Shown: one piece after another, positions 1 through 6,962 of the stretch
How positions within the stretch are numbered: position 1 is the stretch's first letter
How the letters are laid out: every line of letters begins with the position of its first letter
From: a virus
Taxonomy: Duplodnaviria; Caudoviricetes
Direction: 5' to 3' (one strand)
IMG/VR virus record: IMGVR_UViG_3300046092_000083
Coordinates: 1 to 38,587 of that record
Length of the DNA: 38,587 nucleotides
Translations under genes and position numbers: made by a program
The notes under the pieces: model-generated
The model's input: the letters and a program-made list of their open reading frames with translations, nothing else
Told to the model about the DNA's origin: nothing
Databases searched by the model: none

Positions 1-252
1 GCCACCGTCTAATTCGATGTCGCCCATTTCTTCGTCGTCTTCACCTAAACCACCGTTTTCATCATTTTGGATGTCAGCAGCTAAGTCACCTTGTTGGTCG
101 TACTGGTCAATGTTTTCATCAACTTGGTCTTCGTCCATTAGGCTTTCGTAAATGTCGCGGCTCTTTTCAACAACGATGTTGTGAAATAATTCGCGGGCTT
201 TGTCTTCTTGATCGTTGATGATGTATTCAATCAACTGTTCGTATTTGTTCAT
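1..252 (-). CDS. Acidic head-assembly/prohead core-like protein, runs off the left edge (MNKYEQLIEYIINDQEDKARELFHNIVVEKSRDIYESLMDED...)
   Basis: Read manually: ATG at 252, open to the window edge. GAAAGGA SD at about 262-268 and TAAATA at 289-294 lie upstream. It is D/E-rich and sits downstream of the portal, as T4 prohead core genes do. Confidence 0.65.
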   Translation of the reverse strand, partial: MNKYEQLIEYIINDQEDKARELFHNIVVEKSRDIYESLMDEDQVDENIDQYDQQGDLAADIQNDENGGLGEDDEEMGDIELDGG

Positions 253-288
253 ATTAAAAATTCCTTTCAATAATATGGCTTGTAATGA

Positions 289-294
289 TATTTA
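289..294 (-). promoter_or_regulatory. Late promoter core TAAATA
   Basis: Minus strand reads TAGTAAATATC in the intergenic gap upstream of the 252..1 ORF; matches the core of T4 late TATAAATA. Confidence 0.55.
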
Positions 295-353
295 CTAATC
301 TACGCAGATTACTGCTTTAAATGGGGGTTTTTTGAATCGTTTTGCTGGAATAA

Positions 354-596
354 TTAAATTCCACCAGGCATAGCACCCATTCCAGCGTCAGCGGCTGGAG
401 CTTTGTACTGCTTGGTAACTTTCTTCAATTTGTCTTCGTGTTCAAATTTGCGTACATCGTTTGCCATTCTTAGCTTGTTTAGGTGAGCAAAGGTTAGCTT
501 AGTTTTACGCATATCTCTAAGATGCTGGATGCTGTTATCGTCCTCTTCAGAACGATAACCTGCTTGTCTGCCGTCAAATAATTCAGTTATAAACAT
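354..596 (-). CDS. Small hypothetical protein downstream of portal (probable head assembly factor)
   Basis: 80-aa ORF filling the gap between portal and the next gene, with TAAATA 8 nt upstream. Confidence 0.7.
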   Translation of the reverse strand: MFITELFDGRQAGYRSEEDDNSIQHLRDMRKTKLTFAHLNKLRMANDVRKFEHEDKLKKVTKQYKAPAADAGMGAMPGGI

Positions 597-604
597 ATAT
601 AGTG

Positions 605-618
605 TATTTACTTATTTA
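605..618 (-). promoter_or_regulatory. Tandem late promoter cores TAAATA (613-618 and 605-610)
   Basis: Minus strand reads TAAATAAGTAAATACACTATATATG. Confidence 0.55.
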
Positions 619-626
619 TGTTGAAT

Positions 627-2333
627 TTACGCTGCTGCGGGAGGACCACCCGGGGCCATTGCACCACCAGCTGCTGGTGCTCCAGGTGCTGGACCTACTC
701 CGGGTGCGCCGGGTGGTCCTTCTTCGGGGGCAGGGGCAACAGACTCTAAGTCTCCTGCAATGCCGCCCGGTGTAACGCCAACGCTACGTAAGTCTGCACC
801 AGGTGCTGGTGCTGCTTCTACATCGCCTTGTTCTTCGTTCCACTGTTGTTCATTTTCGTTCATTTCTTGTTCGCTTAAACCTAAGTAACGAGTCATTAAC
901 CAACGCTTAGAGAAGTAGGGAAACGCTTCTAAGCTAGTAAACGTTGCAATACGTGCTTGGTCTGCTTCAGCTTGACTGTAGCTTGCAAAGTTCTGTGGCT
1001 CTTCAAATGTTAAATCAAACAATGAACCATCAATGTTAATGCCTCTCCAACGCATAAACATCTTAAACTCTTGGTCTAATTTGTCTACTACCATCGACTG
1101 CAAACGCTTGCAATACTGGTTAAAGCGCCATTCTTGGATCATTGCTGTTCCAACTTTACCATCGTTAGCACTTTGAGTTCCATCATCTAAGCCTGTTGGC
1201 AAATAGCTAGATGGAATACGCAAACCACGGAATAGCTTGTTAGTAAAGAAACGCAAGTCTGTAATTTCGCCTAAGTTTTGACCGCCGGGTAGTGTATCAA
1301 CACTAGATCCTCGACCATCTGCTGTTACAGGGAAGAAGTAATCTTCGTTTGTGCTCAATGGATTGTATGTAGCATCCATCATGTTTGCGCCGCCGCCACT
1401 TTGTGTAGGAATGCGGCGCTGTGAAACTTCGTTTTTAATACGATCAACGAATGCCATAGCCATGTGTGTTGGCATGTTACCTACGTCAATCTTAAAGATT
1501 CTACGCTCCGGAGCACGTTGTACACGGTAGATAATAATACTGTCTTCGAGCAACTCTTTTTGCTTAAACACCTTAAAAACGTTCTCTAATACACTGTTAC
1601 CAAAAGGCCAATATACGTCTAAGCCTTCTGTTAAACTGATGTGTACAACGTGTTCTGCGTTAATAACCGCTTCGTTTTGTTGGTGTGCAAAGCGGCCGCC
1701 ACCACTTGATGGGCTGTTAGGCTGGACATAGCTGCCACTTGGGCCGCCTACTTGTGGGTGGTTAGTGAATGTATCACTGGTGCTAACTGCTGTAACTGTT
1801 AAGTTCTGGAAGTTAGGATTTAAGTCTTTAACGATGTACTGCTCAGGCTTTTTGCCCTCTGCTTCGTTAACAATAACTTTAGTAACCTTAGACATTTCTG
1901 TCCAAAATAACTTAAATGTTTCTGGGTCACGGATAAACACTTGGTCGCCGTACTTGATAACGTTACGGAAAATCTTAAAGATGCGTTTGTTAAATTCGTT
2001 TAGAGCAACCCATTGCTGTAGCTGCTCTTTAATAATGTTTACTTCGTTGTCAGTTGGCTTGTCTTTGAAATGGATACTAAACGCTGTGTTGTTTTCCAAG
2101 TTCTTTTGCGTAGAGAACTCAGCAAGAATGTCCAATGCAGCGTTAACTTCACTGTCCATGTCCATTTGCTCATACTGATTGTAACGCTCAACACGGTTTG
2201 GATGACCGATATATACTTCTGGTAGTGTGCTTTGATAGTTACGATAGCCAGGATCAGCTAAACGGCCATTGGCCATTGGGCTTACGTTTGACGGTAAGTT
2301 TGCTGATTTAAAATACTTTTTCCAGGTTGCCAT
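627..2333 (-). CDS. gp20: Portal protein, T4 gp20-like
   Basis: 568 aa with gp20 family motifs LLEDSIIIYRVQRAPERRIFKIDVGNMP, EDYFFP, GSSVDTLPGGQNLGEITDLRFFTNKLFRGLRIPSS; Pro/Gly/Ala-rich C-terminus. Confidence 0.93.
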   Translation of the reverse strand: MATWKKYFKSANLPSNVSPMANGRLADPGYRNYQSTLPEVYIGHPNRVERYNQYEQMDMDSEVNAALDILAEFSTQKNLENNTAFSIHFKDKPTDNEVNIIKEQLQQWVALNEFNKRIFKIFRNVIKYGDQVFIRDPETFKLFWTEMSKVTKVIVNEAEGKKPEQYIVKDLNPNFQNLTVTAVSTSDTFTNHPQVGGPSGSYVQPNSPSSGGGRFAHQQNEAVINAEHVVHISLTEGLDVYWPFGNSVLENVFKVFKQKELLEDSIIIYRVQRAPERRIFKIDVGNMPTHMAMAFVDRIKNEVSQRRIPTQSGGGANMMDATYNPLSTNEDYFFPVTADGRGSSVDTLPGGQNLGEITDLRFFTNKLFRGLRIPSSYLPTGLDDGTQSANDGKVGTAMIQEWRFNQYCKRLQSMVVDKLDQEFKMFMRWRGINIDGSLFDLTFEEPQNFASYSQAEADQARIATFTSLEAFPYFSKRWLMTRYLGLSEQEMNENEQQWNEEQGDVEAAPAPGADLRSVGVTPGGIAGDLESVAPAPEEGPPGAPGVGPAPGAPAAGGAMAPGGPPAAA

Positions 2334-2353
2334 TGTTTTTCCGATATATAGGG

Positions 2354-2359
2354 TATTTA
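2354..2359 (-). promoter_or_regulatory. Late promoter core TAAATA upstream of portal
   Basis: GGTAAATACC on the minus strand, 20 nt upstream of ATG 2333. Confidence 0.55.
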
Positions 2360-2366
2360 CCGTTGC

Positions 2367-4853
2367 TTAACTCATGTTACGCATAAGACGTTCCGTAATG
2401 TCCCTGTTATCGCCCATGATTCTAATTAAGTCTTCTGTTCTAGACAGTTGTTCCTTAAACAGCGACGCCAACTCACTAGACGAGTCTGAGGTAGCTGATC
2501 TGTTTGCTCCAAACATCTTTAATAGTTCGCTCATTCCAGCGGATCCTTCTTTGAGTCCACCGTCTTCTCTCATTGGTAGCACTAGTTCCTTGCCATGCAG
2601 CATAGACGCATACCCAGTCATTGGGCCACTAGCAATACCCCCGTTAGCAAACGATCCAGTTGGGGTAGCAGCTTTGTCTGGTTTTGATCCAGTTAAGCCG
2701 CCCCAGTTTTGATATAGTCCGTAACCTGCACCAAGAACGCCGCCGGCTAATGCACCCATTGGGCCAAACATAGCACCCATACTAGCACCAGAAAGTGCTG
2801 CACTACCAATACCAAGTCCGGCGCCAAGTTTTTCGTGACCCGCTTCTTTAGCCATGTCAGCACCCTTATCAAGTGCTAGGCCGCCTACCATACCAGCAAT
2901 AGATCCCTTGTTGCTCTTTAGGAAATCTCCTGCACCACTCTTGGCACTCTTGGCCATTTCTTTCGCGCCGCCACTGATACCACCGCTTGCTCCGCCTTTT
3001 GCAGCAAATAACGACAGCACCGGTACTATCGCAGTTAATGCCGACACAATACCCGCCATTGCTGTCAACAAAGGCGACTGTGTACCTGCGTTAATTCCCA
3101 ATTTAGCAAGCTCTTTAACAGAACCTTCAATGTCTTTAATGGTTGTATCAATTGCTTTTGCAAACTGTGGCAAGTTCTGTGCTGCAATCTTTTCCATTTC
3201 AACTGCAAAACGCTGCTGAGTTTCTTGTAGACCAACTTCTTCTCGCTTGCCGCCTTTGCCCTCGTTCATTTGTTCAAGGATCTTCTTGCGCTCTTCTTCA
3301 GTTGCCGCAGTTTGTAGCTTACGTGTCAGCTGATCAGTCTTCATTTGGTCACGTGCCGCGGCTGCTGCATCAGCATTGCCTGCGTTACCAGCTTGTGCCA
3401 ATGCTTTGTTAGCCATTGCACCTTTGTGGATTTCGTCTGAGTTCTCGCCCTGTACCTTAAGGGTGTTATCTAAGTTTAGTCTACCTTCTGCTGCTAAGTT
3501 AGCAAACTCTTGGTTAGACTTAGCCAATCCGCTGTTAGTTGCTTCTGCAATAGCAACGTCTTTGCTAATAACAGTACCGTAGATCATGCGCTCACGCAGG
3601 GCTTTGCGCTGAACTTCGCTCATGCCCTTCATACTCTCAGTGATGTTGATACGTTCTTGCTCTGTCATTCCGTCTAGTTGCTGCTGGAATGCCAAGTTAT
3701 CGTTTTCTTGTCTAATCTGCTCTTGCTTGGCTTTCATGTCCTCGCCAGTTAAGTCAGACAATAGTTTTAAATTCTTTGCGTATTCTTCTGTACGTGCTGC
3801 AATTTCTGCATTGCTTGCATTTAGCTTTCCGCTGGGTCCAGCCATTTGAGCCATAACTTGAGCATAAGCTCCTGCTTGCTCTTCCATGCCCATACCCAGT
3901 GCCATCATGCCTTTACGGGCACTTGCTCCGCCAGCTTCCATTGCTTTAGCTAGTTTCTTACTGCCTTCGCCTACGCCCATTCCCAACTGGGATAGTGCAT
4001 CTTTGTTCTCTCCAACTGCCTTAGAAAACTGTTCTAGTGTTAGTCCTGCAGAGTTAGCAGTTCTAATCATTTCTTTCATGCCGCCGGCAAACATCGCACC
4101 GCTAGCACTCATTGACTGGAAGCCGCCAATTAGCTTTTGAGTTTGCGTTAGCATAAAGCCAATACCAGCTTTAGCCAATTCACTTACAGTATTGCTTAGG
4201 AATCCCAGTGCAGCACCAGCAACTGACGCAGCTATACCAAACTTGCCCATTTTGCCGCCAGCACCTGCTGTGGCTGCACCAAAATCTCCAAGAGCCTTTG
4301 CACCAACTTGTGTTGCTGAGTTAGCAGTGTCGATGTTAGCCTTCATAAACTCCGAAGCCACAGACAGTGCATCGCCGCCACTTAGGGCCGCTGTTGCAGA
4401 TCTAGTAAATGAGCTTGCGACCCCTTTGAGCACTGTACCCGCTAGTGTGCCCATTGAGTTCTTGAAGATTTCACTGGATTTGTTTCTAGCGTTAGCTTCT
4501 TCAAGTATTGCTTTTTCAGCAATCAGTGCAGCTTTTTTCTCTTTGTCCGCGGTATTGTTTACTTCTTTGCGTAAGCTGGCCAACGATTCTTCAAGATCAT
4601 CAGCTGACATACCCCCGCTTTTAAACTTTTCCTTAAGACCTTTTAAGCTAGCGTCAATTTGATCATACGATCGCTTAAACATCTTATTGGCTGATTCCAT
4701 GTTCTTTGCAAAATCTAGCGCAGTCTTCTTGGCTTCAGCTTCACTCTTGCCCTTGCCAAGCTCTGTTGCGATATTTTTCTCAATGGTGTGCCGATATACT
4801 TCGCTTATCTTCTTAAACTTTTCTAACTCTTCGTCCAGATTTACATCAGCCAT
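2367..4853 (-). CDS. Tail tape-measure-like protein
   Basis: 828 aa, helical and Ala/Gly/Lys/Met-rich with coiled-coil and glycine-rich hydrophobic segments. C-terminal FANGGIASGP...LHGKELVLP motif is typical of myovirus tape measure C-termini. Adjacent to the gp26/gp51-like chaperones. Confidence 0.7.
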   Translation of the reverse strand: MADVNLDEELEKFKKISEVYRHTIEKNIATELGKGKSEAEAKKTALDFAKNMESANKMFKRSYDQIDASLKGLKEKFKSGGMSADDLEESLASLRKEVNNTADKEKKAALIAEKAILEEANARNKSSEIFKNSMGTLAGTVLKGVASSFTRSATAALSGGDALSVASEFMKANIDTANSATQVGAKALGDFGAATAGAGGKMGKFGIAASVAGAALGFLSNTVSELAKAGIGFMLTQTQKLIGGFQSMSASGAMFAGGMKEMIRTANSAGLTLEQFSKAVGENKDALSQLGMGVGEGSKKLAKAMEAGGASARKGMMALGMGMEEQAGAYAQVMAQMAGPSGKLNASNAEIAARTEEYAKNLKLLSDLTGEDMKAKQEQIRQENDNLAFQQQLDGMTEQERINITESMKGMSEVQRKALRERMIYGTVISKDVAIAEATNSGLAKSNQEFANLAAEGRLNLDNTLKVQGENSDEIHKGAMANKALAQAGNAGNADAAAAARDQMKTDQLTRKLQTAATEEERKKILEQMNEGKGGKREEVGLQETQQRFAVEMEKIAAQNLPQFAKAIDTTIKDIEGSVKELAKLGINAGTQSPLLTAMAGIVSALTAIVPVLSLFAAKGGASGGISGGAKEMAKSAKSGAGDFLKSNKGSIAGMVGGLALDKGADMAKEAGHEKLGAGLGIGSAALSGASMGAMFGPMGALAGGVLGAGYGLYQNWGGLTGSKPDKAATPTGSFANGGIASGPMTGYASMLHGKELVLPMREDGGLKEGSAGMSELLKMFGANRSATSDSSSELASLFKEQLSRTEDLIRIMGDNRDITERLMRNMS

Positions 4854-4861
4854 GGTTTTTA

Positions 4862-4898
4862 CCTATAAATATACATTAGTATCAATTATATTTATAGG
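4862..4898. promoter_or_regulatory. 12-bp perfect inverted repeat containing two oppositely oriented TATAAATA late promoters and both Shine-Dalgarno sites
   Basis: CCTATAAATATA (4862-4873), a 13-nt spacer, then TATATTTATAGG (4887-4898). TATAAATA on + at 4864-4871 and on - at 4889-4896. Confidence 0.8.
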
Positions 4899-4905
4899 AA
4901 ATAAA

Positions 4906-5754
4906 ATGCCAAATTCAAGCATCAACCCACTATCTCGTCACTTTCGTCAACCTGCAATGTACATTAAGTTAACCAGCGGCGGCAAGTACTGGGCAGACGG
5001 TGCGCTAGAGCTTCCGGGTACAGGGGAACTACCAGTGTTACCAATGACCACAAAAGATGAAATCATCTTGCGCACACCAGACGCACTAGTTAACGGAACT
5101 AGCGTAGTGCAAGTGATCGAAAGCTGCTGCCCAAACATTAAAGATGCGTGGGCTATGCCAAGCATCGACGTTGATTCTACGCTAATTGCAATTCGCATCG
5201 CTAGCTACGGGCAACACATGCCTATTAGCAGCATGTGCCCTGCATGTGAATAATAAAACGACTATGATATCGATCTAGCAGAGTCGTTGTCTAAAGTAAA
5301 AATTCCAGACTACGTTACCCCAATCGCAGCAGACGAAACACTAACTATTCAGTTAAAGCCTATGCCTTACTCACAAGTAAGCAAATCAGGCGGCGTTAAA
5401 CTAGAAGAAGAAAAATTGATCCAGGCTCTAGCTAATCCAGACCTAGACGAAGAATTGCGTATTGCAGAGTACGATAAGCATGTTAAGAAAATGATTAGTC
5501 TTAACTTAGACAATATTGTAGCATGTACTGAAAGCATCACTGCCGACGGGATTGTGGTTACTAACCCTGCACACATTAGAGAATACTACGCAAACGCAGA
5601 AGCCGGTGTAATGCGTAAAATCAACACACGTATGGAAAGCATCGCAGCAGAAGCTGGTATCAAGCCACATGACGCTACATGCAATGAGTGTGGTCACCAA
5701 TTCAAACTAGCCGTGGAGTTTGATTACTCTAATTTTTTCGCCAAAGGCTTTTGA
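4906..5754 (+). CDS. gp26: Baseplate hub assembly chaperone, T4 gp26-like; one reading frame interrupted by in-frame TAA TAA at 5251-5256
   Basis: ATG 4906 with AGGA SD. Motifs RQPAMYIKLTSGG, PMTTKDEIIL, DVDSTLIAIRIASYG, CPAC, then **NDYDIDL in the same frame continuing into the 5287..5754 ORF with CNEC and NFF. Both ORF-track pieces share a frame. Confidence 0.7.
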
Positions 5755-5969
5755 TTCTCAACGCAGAAGACAGCATGGCCCTCATTGAGGGTTATGAAAA
5801 AGAAACAAAAGCCATGAAAGAGGAAGTGCTGCGTATATGTTGGTATATGCGCGGCGGTATAAGTTACAACGATGCTATGCTGTTAAGTCAGCAGGAAAGA
5901 GAACTTATAGATAAAATCGTTAACGATAACATGGAAACAACAAAGAAATCAGGGCTTCCGTTCTTCTAA
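5733..5969 (+). CDS. gp51-like baseplate assembly protein / probable -1 frameshift extension of the gp26-like gene
   Basis: Frame opens at 5733 (FFRQRLLILNAEDSM...LRICWYMRGGISYNDAMLLSQQERELI). It has only a TTG (5751) or internal ATG start with no clear SD, and overlaps slippery site T TTT TTC. Confidence 0.6.
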   Translation, partial: FFRQRLLILNAEDSMALIEGYEKETKAMKEEVLRICWYMRGGISYNDAMLLSQQERELIDKIVNDNMETTKKSGLPFF

Positions 5970-6006
5970 GTCTCAGTTGTTCATTTATTAAAGTCTAAGG
6001 GTTTAA

Positions 6007-6092
6007 AGATGTCTACGACATCTGTTGTTTCGCTTATCAGCTCACAACATAGGTTTAAGTTTTAATTTGTTAGCTTACATACAGAGCGAAGC
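6007..6092. other. Cluster of DNA mini-hairpin motifs (possible origin or primosome-type element)
   Basis: AGATGTC-TAC-GACATCT 6007-6023; TGTTG...CAACA 6023-6049; GCGAAGC 6086-6092; AT-rich flanks. Confidence 0.3.
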
Positions 6093-6099
6093 GATTTAA

Positions 6100-6475
6100 T
6101 ACTTCATCTAGATTAATTGGTCACACTTTGCCCGAGCAGGGCAAAAAATGATTGAACTTCATCTGAGTAGCACAGTCACTTAGCGTTACAACAATTACAG
6201 AGGCGGTCGTCCGGTACCTCGAGTTGCGTCTTTATACGACGGCAGTTTATATACATACGCTAACACATATATAAACGTTAGGGTTTTTCTCCCTTCTTTT
6301 AGCCTTGATTAAATTCTTTTCAAACAGCAAAACCGGTTTTATGAAGGCATATCCGATCGTCGTCCTGTTAAGGATAGTTGCTGAGTGCTCCATACAGCGT
6401 GGAGTCTTCCGTCCCTGTGACCCGAGGTCCAGTTTTCCTAGGCGCCCGACTTTTAGCTGGCGCTTGCCTTATACT
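6100..6475 (-). ncRNA. Candidate large structured noncoding RNA downstream of the GIY-YIG gene (boundaries approximate)
   Basis: About ten closely packed stems in a noncoding gap. G-U extensions mostly favour the minus strand, and loop UUAGCG(U) (6257-6263) is complementary to downstream (A)CGCUAA (6180-6186). Confidence 0.55.
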
Positions 6476-6500
6476 GTGTATCCTGCTTAGACTTTGTGTC

Positions 6501-6929
6501 TTAAATTTTGTTTATGATGTGGGAGCCATGGACACGAACAGAAATCTGTCCGTTATAATAATCTGTTGTTTCTAATACTTTACGTTCGAATTGCTCTCTA
6601 GCTTCAATGTAACTACATTCAGCTTTTGATTTGCAAATGTGAAGTATCTCTCTGGAAAAGTTTTCGGTGCCTAATTTTGTAATGTCTGAGGTTAACTCTG
6701 TGCTTGAACCATAATATTCTCTCCAATCGCTATCGATCTTTGAGCGGATTTTCTTTTTCTTTTTCGTGCCATTCTTTAATTTCACTGTTTTCACAGTTGT
6801 TTTAGAGAACTTGGCTAGTTTTTTGCCTATGTACTTTCGGCCAGATAGATTATTTGTAATTAAGTAAACAAACCCAACACAGTCTTCGGGTAATTCTTCG
6901 ACGGGTGCGCCTTGATATATCCAGGTCAT
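6501..6929 (-). CDS. Minimal GIY-YIG family endonuclease
   Basis: 142 aa. GFVYLITN...KYIGKK (GIY-YIG motifs), YYGSS, FSREIL, conserved Glu (YIEAREQ) and YYN. Lys-rich insertion and no C-terminal DNA-binding domain. Confidence 0.85.
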   Translation of the reverse strand: MTWIYQGAPVEELPEDCVGFVYLITNNLSGRKYIGKKLAKFSKTTVKTVKLKNGTKKKKKIRSKIDSDWREYYGSSTELTSDITKLGTENFSREILHICKSKAECSYIEAREQFERKVLETTDYYNGQISVRVHGSHIINKI

Positions 6930-6962
6930 GTTAGATTAGTTTTAGTGCCATGTGTTCTATAG

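Noticed and set aside
313-345. GGGGGTTTTTT tract as a terminator
   Set aside because: No complementary arm forms a stem on either strand.
1765-4662. Many 70-160 aa + strand ORFs antisense to portal and tape measure (and similar antisense ORFs across the baseplate operon)
   Set aside because: These are shadow ORFs produced by codon bias of the real genes; they have no SD or motifs.
4687-4905. N-terminal extension of the gp26-like ORF given in the ORF track
   Set aside because: It is antisense to the tape-measure gene; the true start is ATG 4906, which has an SD and a late promoter.
6127-6148. Intrinsic terminator at the TTTGCCC/GGGCAAA hairpin
   Set aside because: The long U tract lies 5' of the stem on the minus strand and A's follow it on the plus strand, so neither orientation has a proper 3' U-tail.
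6100-6500. Group I or group II intron, RNase P RNA or tmRNA associated with the endonuclease
   Set aside because: I found no recognisable P7 (R/S) elements, group II domain V, RNase P P4 motif or tRNA-like ends, and no interrupted host gene flanks the region. Only a covariance model search could fully exclude these.
6305-6575. Small + strand ORFs of 61 and 65 aa in the intergenic region
   Set aside because: They have TTG starts, no SD and no recognisable motifs, and they overlap the structured region and the GIY-YIG end.
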